Shown here: piece by piece, positions 1 through 14,303 of the stretch | Numbering within the stretch: the stretch's first letter is position 1 | How the letters are laid out: each line of letters opens with the position of its first letter | Origin: Auanema rhodensis | Taxonomy: Eukaryota > Animalia > Nematoda | Length of the DNA stretch: 64,000 bases | Direction of reading: 5' to 3' | NCBI GenBank assembly: GCA_964057225.1 | Contig: OZ059897.1 | Span: 10,478,001-10,542,000 of the forward strand | Notes under the pieces: model-generated | What the model was told of the DNA's origin: nothing | Databases searched by the model: none | Seen by the model: the letters and a program-made list of their open reading frames with translations, nothing else | Made by a program: the position numbers and the translations under genes

Positions 1-27
1 TAACTTTGTTAAGTTGTTGTAATATCG

Positions 28-99
28 GCCCAAGTAATATAGTGGTTAGTACTCCACGTTGTGGCCGTGGCGACACAGATTCGATTCCTGTTTTGGGCA
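28..99 (+). pseudogene. Degenerate tRNA-His(GTG) copy (G10A, G53A, C66T); representative of the majority class, probable pseudogene or weak allele
   Basis: Same 72-nt frame, but with A10.C25 and A53.C61 mismatches, which alter both internal Pol III promoter boxes (TAG->TAA; GGTTCGA->GATTCGA). Loss of function is inferred, not shown. Confidence 0.7.
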
Positions 100-105
100 T
101 TTTTT
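100..105 (+). terminator. RNA polymerase III terminator (T6, then GTTTT), repeated after essentially every tRNA copy
   Basis: TTTTTT directly follows the A73 discriminator. An oligo-dT run is the established Pol III terminator. Confidence 0.88.
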
Positions 106-245
106 GTTTTGAAATTTAAAAGCTATAAAATTATTGCTTGCTTGTCATGTTAAATTTCTTTAATTTGAATACTTATTTAAGTTCTAACAATTTTTGATTT
201 AATCACGTTCAATTAACTGTATTGTTTTCAAAAATGAAGACAAAA

Positions 246-298
246 TTCAATTTCTGTTCATTGAATTAGAATTTTCATGTTGTCACACAGAAATTGAA
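246..298. other. 12-bp inverted repeat in the spacer (TTCAATTTCTGT-N29-ACAGAAATTGAA), present in most units
   Basis: 246-257 is the exact reverse complement of 287-298. It lies at -114 to -62 of the next tRNA. Function unknown. Confidence 0.6.
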
Positions 299-3200
299 GA
301 ATCTTAGTTCAATTCAGTAACAATGAACACACTAACTTTGTTAAGTTGTTGTAATATCGGCCCAAGTAGTATACTGGTTAGTACTCCACGTTGTGGCCGT
401 GGCGACACAGATTCGATTCCTGTCTTGGGCATTTTTTGTTTTGAAATTAAAATGCTATAAACATATTGCTTGCTTGTCATGTTAGATTTCTTTAATTCAA
501 ATACATATTTAAGTTCTAACAATTTTTGATTTAATCACGTTCAATCAACTGTATTGTTTTCAAAAATAAAGACAAAATTCAATTTCTGATCATTGAATTA
601 GAATTTTCATGTTGTCACACAGAAATTGAAGAATCTTAGTTCAATTCAGTAACAACGAACACACTAACTTTGTTAAGTTGTTGTAATATCGGCCCAAGTA
701 ATATAGTGGTTAGTACTCCACGTTGTGGCCGTGGCGACACAGATTCGATTCCTGTTTTGGGCATTTTTTGTTTTGAAATTTAAATGCTATAAAATAATTG
801 CTTGCTTGTCATGTTAGATTTCTTTAATTTGAATACTTATTCAAGTTATAACAATTTTTGATTTAATCACGTTCAATTAATTGTATTGTTTTCAAAAATA
901 AAGACAAAATTCAATTTCTGTTCATTGAATTAGAATTTTCATGTTGTCACACAGAAATTGAAGAATCTTAGTTCAATTCAGTAACAATGAACACACTAAC
1001 TTTGTTAAGTTGTTGTAATATCGGCCCAAGTAATATAGTGGTTAGTACTCCACGTTGTGGCCGTGGCGACACAGATTCGATTCCTGTCTTGGACATTTTT
1101 TGTTTTGAAATTAAAATGCTATAAACATATTGCTTGCTTGTCATGTTAGATTTCTTTAATTCAAATACATATTTAAGTTCTAACAATTTTTGATTTAATC
1201 ACGTTCAATTAACTGTATTGTTCTCAAAAATAAAGACATCTTTCAATTTCTGTTCATTGAATTAGAATTTTCATGTTGTCACACAGAAATTGAAGATTCT
1301 TAGTTCAATTCAGTAACAATGAACACACTAACTTTGTTAAGTTGTTGTAATATCGGCCCAAGTAATATAGTGGTTAGTACTCCACGTTGTGGCCGTGGCG
1401 ACACAGATTCGATTCCTGTCTTGGACATTTTTTGTTTTGAAATTAAAATGCTATAAACATATTGCTTGCTTGTCATGTTAGATTTCTTTAATTCAAATAC
1501 ATATTTAAGTTCTAACAATTTTTGATTTAATCACGTTCAATTAACTGTATTGTTTTCAAAAATAAAGACATCTTTCAATTTCTGTTCATTGAATTAGAAT
1601 TTTCATGTTGTCACACAGAAATTGAAGATTCTTAGTTCAATTCAGTAACAATGAACACACTAACTTTGTTAAGTTGTTGTGATATCGGCCCAAGTAATAT
1701 AGTGGTTAGTACTCCACGTTGTGGCCGTGGCGACACAGATTCGATTCCTTTCTTGGGCATTTTTTGTTTTGAAATTTAAATGCTATAAAATAATTGCTTG
1801 CTTGTCATGTTAGATTTCTTTAATTTGAATACTTATTCAAGTTATAACAATTTTTGATTTAATCACGTTCAATTAACTGTATTGTTTTCAAAAATAAAGA
1901 CAAAATTCAATTTCTGTTCATTGAATTAGAATTTTCATGTTGTCACACAGAAATTGAAGAATCTTAGTTCAATTCAGTAACAACGAACACACTAACTTTG
2001 TTAAGTTGTTGTAATATCGGCCCAAGTAATATAGTGGTTAGTACTCCACGTTGTGGCCGTGGCGACACAGATTCGATTCCTGTCTTGGACATTTTTTGTT
2101 TTGAAATTAAAATGCTATAAACATATTGCTTGCTTGTCATGTTAGATTTCTTTAATTCAAATACATATTTAAGTTCTAACAATTTTTGATTTAATCACGT
2201 TCAATTAACTGTATTGTTTTCAAAAATAAAGACATCTTTCAATTTCTGTTCATTGAATTAGAATTTTCATGTTGTCACACAGAAATTGAAGATTCTTAGT
2301 TCAATTCAGTAACAATGAACACACTAACTTTGTTAAGTTGTTGTGATATCGGCCCAAGTAATATAGTGGTTAGTACTCCACGTTGTGGCCGTGGCGACAC
2401 AGATTCGATTCCTTTCTTGGGCATTTTTTGTTTTGAAATTAAAATGCTACAAAATTATTGCTTGCTTGTCGTGTTAAATTTCTTTAATTTGAATACTTAT
2501 TTAAGTTATAACAATTTTCGATTTAATCACGTTCAATCAACTGTATTGTTTTCAAAAATAAAGACAAAATTCAATTTCTGTTCATTGAATTAGAATTTTC
2601 ATGTTGTCACACAGAAATTGAAGAATCTTAGTTCAATTCAGTAACAATGAACACACAAACTTTGTTAAGTTGTTGTAATATCGGCCCAAGTAATACAGTG
2701 GTTAGTACTCCACGTTGTGGCCGTGGCGACACAGATTCGATTCCTGTTTTGGGTATTTTTTGTTTTGAAATTTAAATGCTATAAAATAATTGCTTGCTTG
2801 TCATGTTAGATTTCTTTAATTTGAATACTTATTCAAGTTATAACAATTTTTGATTTAATCACGTTCAATTAACTGTATTGTTTTCAAAAATAAAGACAAA
2901 ATTCAATTTCTGTTCATTGAATTAGAATTTTCATGTTGTCACACAGAAATTGAAGAATCTTAGTTCAATTCAGTAACAATGAACACACTAACTTTGTTAA
3001 GTTGTTGTAATATCGGCCCAAGTAATATAGTGGTTAGTACTCCACGTTGTGGCCGTGGCGACACAGATTCGATTCCTGTCTTGGACATTTTTTGTTTTGA
3101 AATTAAAATGCTATAAACATATTGCTTGCTTGTCATGTTAGATTTCTTTAATTCAAATACATATTTAAGTTCTAACAATTTTTGATTTAATCACGTTCAA

Positions 3201-6200
3201 TTAACTGTATTGTTCTCAAAAATAAAGACATCTTTCAATTTCTGTTCATTGAATTAGAATTTTCATGTTGTCACACAGAAATTGAAGATTCTTAGTTCAA
3301 TTCAGTAACAATGAACACACTAACTTTGTTAAGTTGTTGTGATATCGGCCCAAGTAATATAGTGGTTAGTACTCCACGTTGTGGCCGTGGCGACACAGAT
3401 TCGATTCCTTTCTTGGGCATTTTTTGTTTTGAAATTAAAATGCTACAAAATTATTACTTGCTTGTCGTGTTAAATTTCTTTAATTTGAATACTTATTTAA
3501 GTTATAACAATTTTCGATTTAATCACGTTCAATCAACTGTATTGTTTTCAAAAATAAAGACAAAATTCAATTTCTGTTCATTGAATTAGAATTTTCATGT
3601 TGTCACACAGAAATTGAAGAATCTTAGTTCAATTCAGTAACAATGAACACACTAACTTTGTTAAGTTGTTGTAATATCGGCCCAAGTAATATAGTGGTTA
3701 GTACTCCACGTTGTGGCCGTGGCGACACAGATTCGATTCCTGTCTTGGACATTTTTTGTTTTGAAATTAAAATGCTATAAACATATTGCTTGCTTGTCAT
3801 GTTAGATTTCTTTAATTCAAATACATATTTAAGTTCTAACAATTTTTGATTTAATCACGTTCAATTAACTGTATTGTTTTCAAAAATAAAGACATCTTTC
3901 AATTTCTGTTCATTGAATTAGAATTTTCATGTTGTCACACAGAAATTGAAGATTCTTAGTTCAATTCAGTAACAATGAACACACTAACTTTGTTAAGTTG
4001 TTGTGATATCGGCCCAAGTAATATAGTGGTTAGTACTCCACGTTGTGGCCGTGGCGACACAGATTCGATTCCTTTCTTGGGCATTTTTTGTTTTGAAATT
4101 TAAATGCTATAAAATAATTGCTTGCTTGTCATGTTAGATTTCTTTAATTTGAATACTTATTCAAGTTATAACAATTTTTGATTTAATCACGTTCAATTAA
4201 CTGTATTGTTTTCAAAAATAAAGACAAAATTCAATTTCTGTTCATTGAATTAGAATTTTCATGTTGTCACACAGAAATTGAAGAATCTTAGTTCAATTCA
4301 GTAACAACGAACACACTAACTTTGTTAAGTTGTTGTAATATCGGCCCAAGTAATATAGTGGTTAGTACTCCACGTTGTGGCCGTGGCGACACAGATTCGA
4401 TTCCTGTTTTGGGCATTTTTTGTTTTGAAATTTAAAAGCTATAAAATTATTGCTTGCTTGTCATGTTAAATTTCTTTAATTTGAATACTTATTTAAGTTC
4501 TAACAATTTTTGATTTAATCACGTTCAATTAACTGTATTGTTTTCAAAAATGAAGACAAAATTCAATTTCTGTTCATTGAATTAGAATTTTCATGTTGTC
4601 ACACAGAAATTGAAGAATCTTAGTTCAATTCAGTAACAATGAACACACTAACTTTGTTAAGTTGTTGTAATATCGGCCCAAGTAGTATACTGGTTAGTAC
4701 TCCACGTTGTGGCCGTGGCGACACAGATTCGATTCCTGTCTTGGGCATTTTTTGTTTTGAAATTAAAATGCTATAAACATATTGCTTGCTTGTCATGTTA
4801 GATTTCTTTAATTCAAATACATATTTAAGTTCTAACAATTTTTGATTTAATCACGTTCAATCAACTGTATTGTTTTCAAAAATAAAGACAAAATTCAATT
4901 TCTGATCATTGAATTAGAATTTTCATGTTGTCACACAGAAATTGAAGAATCTTAGTTCAATTCAGTAACAACGAACACACTAACTTTGTTAAGTTGTTGT
5001 AATATCGGCCCAAGTAATATAGTGGTTAGTACTCCACGTTGTGGCCGTGGCGACACAGATTCGATTCCTGTTTTGGGCATTTTTTGTTTTGAAATTTAAA
5101 TGCTATAAAATAATTGCTTGCTTGTCATGTTAGATTTCTTTAATTTGAATACTTATTCAAGTTATAACAATTTTTGATTTAATCACGTTCAATTAATTGT
5201 ATTGTTTTCAAAAATAAAGACAAAATTCAATTTCTGTTCATTGAATTAGAATTTTCATGTTGTCACACAGAAATTGAAGAATCTTAGTTCAATTCAGTAA
5301 CAATGAACACACTAACTTTGTTAAGTTGTTGTAATATCGGCCCAAGTAATATAGTGGTTAGTACTCCACGTTGTGGCCGTGGCGACACAGATTCGATTCC
5401 TGTCTTGGACATTTTTTGTTTTGAAATTAAAATGCTATAAACATATTGCTTGCTTGTCATGTTAGATTTCTTTAATTCAAATACATATTTAAGTTCTAAC
5501 AATTTTTGATTTAATCACGTTCAATTAACTGTATTGTTCTCAAAAATAAAGACATCTTTCAATTTCTGTTCATTGAATTAGAATTTTCATGTTGTCACAC
5601 AGAAATTGAAGATTCTTAGTTCAATTCAGTAACAATGAACACACTAACTTTGTTAAGTTGTTGTGATATCGGCCCAAGTAATATAGTGGTTAGTACTCCA
5701 CGTTGTGGCCGTGGCGACACAGATTCGATTCCTTTCTTGGGCATTTTTTGTTTTGAAATTAAAATGCTACAAAATTATTGCTTGCTTGTCGTGTTAAATT
5801 TCTTTAATTTGAATACTTATTTAAGTTATAACAATTTTCGATTTAATCACGTTCAATCAACTGTATTGTTTTCAAAAATAAAGACAAAATTCAATTTCTG
5901 TTCATTGAATTAGAATTTTCATGTTGTCACATAGAAATTGAAGAATCTTAGTTCAATTCAGTAACAATGAACACACTAACTTTGTTAAGTTGTTGTAATA
6001 TCGGCCCAAGTAATATAGTGGTTAGTACTCCACGTTGTGGCCGTGGCGACACAGATTCGATTCCTGTCTTGGACATTTTTTGTTTTGAAATTAAAATGCT
6101 ATAAACATATTGCTTGCTTGTCATGTTAGATTTCTTTAATTCAAATACATATTTAAGTTCTAACAATTTTTGATTTAATCACGTTCAATTAACTGTATTG

Positions 6201-8599
6201 TTTTCAAAAATAAAGACATCTTTCAATTTCTGTTCATTGAATTAGAATTTTCATGTTGTCACACAGAAATTGAAGATTCTTAGTTCAATTCAGTAACAAT
6301 GAACACACTAACTTTGTTAAGTTGTTGTGATATCGGCCCAAGTAATATAGTGGTTAGTACTCCACGTTGTGGCCGTGGCGACACAGATTCGATTCCTTTC
6401 TTGGGCATTTTTTGTTTTGAAATTTAAATGCTATAAAATAATTGCTTGCTTGTCATGTTAGATTTCTTTAATTTGAATACTTATTCAAGTTATAACAATT
6501 TTTGATTTAATCACGTTCAATTAACTGTATTGTTTTCAAAAATAAAGACAAAATTCAATTTCTGTTCATTGAATTAGAATTTTCATGTTGTCACACAGAA
6601 ATTGAAGAATCTTAGTTCAATTCAGTAACAACGAACACACTAACTTTGTTAAGTTGTTGTAATATCGGCCCAAGTAATATAGTGGTTAGTACTCCACGTT
6701 GTGGCCGTGGCGACACAGATTCGATTCCTGTCTTGGACATTTTTTGTTTTGAAATTAAAATGCTATAAACATATTGCTTGCTTGTCATGTTAGATTTCTT
6801 TAATTCAAATACATATTTAAGTTCTAACAATTTTTGATTTAATCACGTTCAATTAACTGTATTGTTTTCAAAAATAAAGACATCTTTCAATTTCTGTTCA
6901 TTGAATTAGAATTTTCATGTTGTCACACAGAAATTGAAGATTCTTAGTTCAATTCAGTAACAATGAACACACTAACTTTGTTAAGTTGTTGTGATATCGG
7001 CCCAAGTAATATAGTGGTTAGTACTCCACGTTGTGGCCGTGGCGACACAGATTCGATTCCTTTCTTGGGCATTTTTTGTTTTGAAATTAAAATGCTACAA
7101 AATTATTGCTTGCTTGTCGTGTTAAATTTCTTTAATTTGAATACTTATTTAAGTTATAACAATTTTCGATTTAATCACGTTCAATCAACTGTATTGTTTT
7201 CAAAAATAAAGACAAAATTCAATTTCTGTTCATTGAATTAGAATTTTCATGTTGTCACACAGAAATTGAAGAATCTTAGTTCAATTCAGTAACAATGAAC
7301 ACACAAACTTTGTTAAGTTGTTGTAATATCGGCCCAAGTAATATAGTGGTTAGTACTCCACGTTGTGGCCGTGGCGACACAGATTCGATTCCTGTTTTGG
7401 GTATTTTTTGTTTTGAAATTTAAATGCTATAAAATAATTGCTTGCTTGTCATGTTAGATTTCTTTAATTTGAATACTTATTCAAGTTATAACAATTTTTG
7501 ATTTAATCACGTTCAATTAACTGTATTGTTTTCAAAAATAAAGACAAAATTCAATTTCTGTTCATTGAATTAGAATTTTCATGTTGTCACACAGAAATTG
7601 AAGAATCTTAGTTCAATTCAGTAACAATGAACACACTAACTTTGTTAAGTTGTTGTAATATCGGCCCAAGTAATATAGTGGTTAGTACTCCACGTTGTGG
7701 CCGTGGCGACACAGATTCGATTCCTGTCTTGGACATTTTTTGTTTTGAAATTAAAATGCTATAAACATATTGCTTGCTTGTCATGTTAGATTTCTTTAAT
7801 TCAAATACATATTTAAGTTCTAACAATTTTTGATTTAATCACGTTCAATTAACTGTATTGTTTTCAAAAATAAAGACATCTTTCAATTTCTGTTCATTGA
7901 ATTAGAATTTTCATGTTGTCACACAGAAATTGAAGATTCTTAGTTCAATTCAGTAACAATGAACACACTAACTTTGTTAAGTTGTTGTGATATCGGCCCA
8001 AGTAATATAGTGGTTAGTACTCCACGTTGTGGCCGTGGCGACACAGATTCGATTCCTTTCTTGGGCATTTTTTGTTTTGAAATTAAAATGCTACAAAATT
8101 ATTACTTGCTTGTCGTGTTAAATTTCTTTAATTTGAATACTTATTTAAGTTATAACAATTTTCGATTTAATCACGTTCAATCAACTGTATTGTTTTCAAA
8201 AATAAAGACAAAATTCAATTTCTGTTCATTGAATTAGAATTTTCATGTTGTCACACAGAAATTGAAGAATCTTAGTTCAATTCAGTAACAATGAACACAC
8301 TAACTTTGTTAAGTTGTTGTAATATCGGCCCAAGTAATATAGTGGTTAGTACTCCACGTTGTGGCCGTGGCGACACAGATTCGATTCCTGTCTTGGACAT
8401 TTTTTGTTTTGAAATTAAAATGCTATAAACATATTGCTTGCTTGTCATGTTAGATTTCTTTAATTCAAATACATATTTAAGTTCTAACAATTTTTGATTT
8501 AATCACGTTCAATTAACTGTATTGTTTTCAAAAATAAAGACATCTTTCAATTTCTGTTCATTGAATTAGAATTTTCATGTTGTCACACAGAAATTGAAG

Positions 8600-11500
8600 A
8601 TTCTTAGTTCAATTCAGTAACAATGAACACACTAACTTTGTTAAGTTGTTGTGATATCGGCCCAAGTAATATAGTGGTTAGTACTCCACGTTGTGGCCGT
8701 GGCGACACAGATTCGATTCCTTTCTTGGGCATTTTTTGTTTTGAAATTTAAATGCTATAAAATAATTGCTTGCTTGTCATGTTAGATTTCTTTAATTTGA
8801 ATACTTATTCAAGTTATAACAATTTTTGATTTAATCACGTTCAATTAACTGTATTGTTTTCAAAAATAAAGACAAAATTCAATTTCTGTTCATTGAATTA
8901 GAATTTTCATGTTGTCACACAGAAATTGAAAAATCTTAGTTCAATTCAGTAACAACGAACACACTAACTTTGTTAAGTTGTTGTAATATCGGCCCAAGTA
9001 ATATAGTGGTTAGTACTCCACGTTGTGGCCGTGGCGACACAGATTCGATTCCTGTCTTGGACATTTTTTGTTTTGAAATTAAAATGCTATAAACATATTG
9101 CTTGCTTGTCATGTTAGATTTCTTTAATTCAAATACATATTTAAGTTCTAACAATTTTTGATTTAATCACGTTCAATTAACTGTATTGTTTTCAAAAATA
9201 AAGACATCTTTCAATTTCTGTTCATTGAATTAGAATTTTCATGTTGTCACACAGAAATTGAAGATTCTTAGTTCAATTCAGTAACAATGAACACACTAAC
9301 TTTGTTAAGTTGTTGTGATATCGGCCCAAGTAATATAGTGGTTAGTACTCCACGTTGTGGCCGTGGCGACACAGATTCGATTCCTTTCTTGGGCATTTTT
9401 TGTTTTGAAATTAAAATGCTACAAAATTATTGCTTGCTTGTCGTGTTAAATTTCTTTAATTTGAATACTTATTTAAGTTATAACAATTTTCGATTTAATC
9501 ACGTTCAATCAACTGTATTGTTTTCAAAAATAAAGACAAAATTCAATTTCTGTTCATTGAATTAGAATTTTCATGTTGTCACACAGAAATTGAAGAATCT
9601 TAGTTCAATTCAGTAACAATGAACACACAAACTTTGTTAAGTTGTTGTAATATCGGCCCAAGTAATATAGTGGTTAGTATTCCACGTTGTGGCCGTGGCG
9701 ACACAGATTCGATTCCTGTTTTGGGTATTTTTTGTTTTGAAATTTAAATGCTATAAAATTATTGCTTGCTTGTCATGTTAGATTTCTTTAATTTGAATAC
9801 TTATTCAAGTTATAACAATTTTCGATTTAATCACGTTCAATCAACTGTATTGTTTTCAAAAATAAAGACAAAATTCAATTTCTGTTCATTGAATTAGAAT
9901 TTTCATGTTGTCACACAGAAATTGAAGAATCTTAGTTCATTTCAGTAACAATGAACACACTAACTTTGTTAAGTTGTTGTGATATCGGCCCAAGTAATAT
10001 AGTGGTTAGTACTCCACGTTGTGGCCGTGGCGACACAGATTCGATTCCTTTCTTGGGCATTTTTTGTTTTGAAATTAAAATGCTACAAAATTATTGCTTG
10101 CTTGTCGTGTTAAATTTCTTTAATTTGAATACTTATTTAAGTTATAACAATTTTCGATTTAATCACGTTCAATCAACTGTATTGTTTTCAAAAATAAAGA
10201 CAAAATTCAATTTCTGTTCATTGAATTAGAATTTTCATGTTGTCACACAGAAATTGAAGAATCTTAGTTCAATTCAGTAACAATGAACACACAAACTTTG
10301 TTAAGTTGTTGTAATATCGGCCCAAGTAATATAGTGGTTAGTACTCCACGTTGTGGCCGTGGCGACACAGATTCGATTCCTGTTTTGGGTATTTTTTGTT
10401 TTGAAATTTAAATGCTATAAAATTATTGCTTGCTTGTCATGTTAGATTTCTTTAATTTGAATACTTATTCAAGTTATAACAATTTTCGATTTAATCACGT
10501 TCAATCAACTGTATTGTTTTCAAAAATAAAGACAAAATTCAATTTCTGTTCATTGAATGAGAATTTTCATGTTGTCACACAGAAATTGAAGAATCTTAGT
10601 TCAATTCAGTAACAATGAACACACTAACTTTGTTAAGTTGTTGTAATATCGGCCCAAGTATTATAGTGGTTAGTACTCCACGTTGTGGCCGTGGCGACAC
10701 AGATTCGATTCCTGTCTTGGACATTTTTTGTTTTGAAATTAAAATGCTATAAACATATTGCTTGCTTGTCATGTTAGATTTCTTTAATTCAAATACATAT
10801 TTAAGTTCTAACAATTTTTGATTTAATCACGTTCAATTAACTGTATTGTTTTCAAAAATAAAGACAAAATTCAATTTCTGTTCATTGAATTAGAATTTTC
10901 ATGTTGTCACACAGAAATTGAAGAATCTTAGTTCAATTCAGTAACAATGAACACACAAACTTTGTTAAGTTGTTGTAATATCGGCCCAAGTAATATAGTG
11001 GTTAGTACTCCACGTTGTGGCCGTGGCGACACAGATTCGATTCCTGTCTTGGACATTTTTTGTTTTGAAATTTAAATGCTATAAACATATTGCTTGCTTG
11101 TCATGTTAGATTTCTTTAATTCAAATACATATTTAAGTTCTAACAATTTTTGATTTAATCACGTTCAATTAACTGTATTGTTTTCAAAAATAAAGACATC
11201 TTTCAATTTCTGTTCATTGAATTAGAATTTTCATGTTGTCACACAGAAATTGAAGATTCTTAGTTCAATTCAGTAACAATGAACACACTAACTTTGTTAA
11301 GTTGTTGTGATATCGGCCCAAGTAATATAGTGGTTAGTACTCCACGTTGTGGCCGTGGCGACACAGATTCGATTCCTTTCTTGGGCATTTTTTGTTTTGA
11401 AATTTAAATGCTATAAAATAATTGCTTGCTTGTCATGTTAGATTTCTTTAATTTGAATACTTATTCAAGTTATAACAATTTTTGATTTAATCACGTTCAA

Positions 11501-13580
11501 TTAACTGTATTGTTTTCAAAAATAAAGACAAAATTCAATTTCTGTTCATTGAATTAGAATTTTCATGTTGTCACACAGAAATTGAAAAATCTTAGTTCAA
11601 TTCAGTAACAACGAACACACTAACTTTGTTAAGTTGTTGTAATATCGGCCCAAGTAATATAGTGGTTAGTACTCCACGTTGTGGCCGTGGCGACACAGAT
11701 TCGATTCCTGTCTTGGACATTTTTTGTTTTGAAATTAAAATGCTATAAACATATTGCTTGCTTGTCATGTTAGATTTCTTTAATTCAAATACATATTTAA
11801 GTTCTAACAATTTTTGATTTAATCACGTTCAATTAACTGTATTGTTTTCAAAAATAAAGACATCTTTCAATTTCTGTTCATTGAATTAGAATTTTCATGT
11901 TGTCACACAGAAATTGAAGATTCTTAGTTCAATTCAGTAACAATGAACACACTAACTTTGTTAAGTTGTTGTGATATCGGCCCAAGTAATATAGTGGTTA
12001 GTACTCCACGTTGTGGCCGTGGCGACACAGATTCGATTCCTTTCTTGGGCATTTTTTGTTTTGAAATTAAAATGCTACAAAATTATTGCTTGCTTGTCGT
12101 GTTAAATTTCTTTAATTTGAATACTTATTTAAGTTATAACAATTTTCGATTTAATCACGTTCAATCAACTGTATTGTTTTCAAAAATAAAGACAAAATTC
12201 AATTTCTGTTCATTGAATTAGAATTTTCATGTTGTCACACAGAAATTGAAGAATCTTAGTTCAATTCAGTAACAATGAACACACAAACTTTGTTAAGTTG
12301 TTGTAATATCGGCCCAAGTAATATAGTGGTTAGTATTCCACGTTGTGGCCGTGGCGACACAGATTCGATTCCTGTTTTGGGTATTTTTTGTTTTGAAATT
12401 TAAATGCTATAAAATTATTGCTTGCTTGTCATGTTAGATTTCTTTAATTTGAATACTTATTCAAGTTATAACAATTTTCGATTTAATCACGTTCAATCAA
12501 CTGTATTGTTTTCAAAAATAAAGACAAAATTCAATTTCTGTTCATTGAATTAGAATTTTCATGTTGTCACACAGAAATTGAAGAATCTTAGTTCATTTCA
12601 GTAACAATGAACACACTAACTTTGTTAAGTTGTTGTGATATCGGCCCAAGTAATATAGTGGTTAGTACTCCACGTTGTGGCCGTGGCGACACAGATTCGA
12701 TTCCTTTCTTGGGCATTTTTTGTTTTGAAATTAAAATGCTACAAAATTATTGCTTGCTTGTCGTGTTAAATTTCTTTAATTTGAATACTTATTTAAGTTA
12801 TAACAATTTTCGATTTAATCACGTTCAATCAACTGTATTGTTTTCAAAAATAAAGACAAAATTCAATTTCTGTTCATTGAATTAGAATTTTCATGTTGTC
12901 ACACAGAAATTGAAGAATCTTAGTTCAATTCAGTAACAATGAACACACAAACTTTGTTAAGTTGTTGTAATATCGGCCCAAGTAATATAGTGGTTAGTAC
13001 TCCACGTTGTGGCCGTGGCGACACAGATTCGATTCCTGTTTTGGGTATTTTTTGTTTTGAAATTTAAATGCTATAAAATTATTGCTTGCTTGTCATGTTA
13101 GATTTCTTTAATTTGAATACTTATTCAAGTTATAACAATTTTCGATTTAATCACGTTCAATCAACTGTATTGTTTTCAAAAATAAAGACAAAATTCAATT
13201 TCTGTTCATTGAATGAGAATTTTCATGTTGTCACACAGAAATTGAAGAATCTTAGTTCAATTCAGTAACAATGAACACACTAACTTTGTTAAGTTGTTGT
13301 AATATCGGCCCAAGTATTATAGTGGTTAGTACTCCACGTTGTGGCCGTGGCGACACAGATTCGATTCCTGTCTTGGACATTTTTTGTTTTGAAATTAAAA
13401 TGCTATAAACATATTGCTTGCTTGTCATGTTAGATTTCTTTAATTCAAATACATATTTAAGTTCTAACAATTTTTGATTTAATCACGTTCAATTAACTGT
13501 ATTGTTTTCAAAAATAAAGACAAAATTCAATTTCTGTTCATTGAATTAGAATTTTCATGTTGTCACACAGAAATTGAAGA
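8600..13580 (+). repeat. Higher-order duplication with an 8-unit (2,656-bp) period; boundaries approximate
   Basis: Rare variants recur 2,656 bp apart: GAAAAATCTT near 8930/11586, TAGTATTCC near 9680/12336, GAATGAG near 10558/13214. Confidence 0.85.
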
Positions 13581-14303
13581 ATCTTAGTTCATTTCAGTAA
13601 CAATGAACACACTAACTTTGTTAAGTTGTTGTAATATCGGCCCAAGTAGTATAGTGGTTAGTACTCCACGTTGTGGCCGTGGCGACACAGATTCGATTAC
13701 TGTCTTGGACATTTTTTGTTTTGAAATTAAAATGCTATAAACATATTGCTTGCTTGTCATGTTAGATTTCTTTAATTCAAATACATATTTAAGTTCTAAC
13801 AATTTTTGATTTGATCACGTTCAATTAACTGTATTGTTTTCAAAAATAAAGACATCTTTCAATTTCTGTTCATTGAATTAAAATTTTCATGTTGTCACAC
13901 AGAAATTGAAGATTCTTAGTTCAATTCAGTAACAATGAACACACTAACTTTGTTAAGTTGTTGTGATATCGGCCCAAGTAATATAGTGGTTAGTACTCCA
14001 CGTTGTGGCCGTGGCGACACAGATTCGATTCCTTTCTTGGGCATTTTTTGTTTTGAAATTAAAATGCTACAAAATTATTGCGTGCTTGTCATGTTAGATT
14101 TCTTTAATTTGAATACTTATTTAAGTTATAACAATTTTCGATTTAATCACGTTCAATCAACTGTATTGTTTTCAAAAATAAAGACAAAATTCAATTTCTG
14201 TTCATTGAATTAGAATTTTCATGTTGTCACACAGAAATTGAAGAATCTTAGTTCAATTCAGTAACAATGAACACACTAACTTTGTTGAGTTGTTGTAATA
14301 TCG

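Noticed and set aside
124-129. TATAAA in the spacer as a TATA box
   Set aside because: It lies about 235 bp upstream of the next tRNA rather than about 30 bp, it is polymorphic (TACAAA), and the background is AT-rich.
269-276. GAATTTTC heat-shock-element-like word in the spacer
   Set aside because: Only two nGAAn units are present, and this is expected by chance in AT-rich DNA.
28-359. tRNA-derived SINE tandem
   Set aside because: The tRNA is full length and is followed immediately by a T6 terminator. Units have no body, tail or per-unit TSD.
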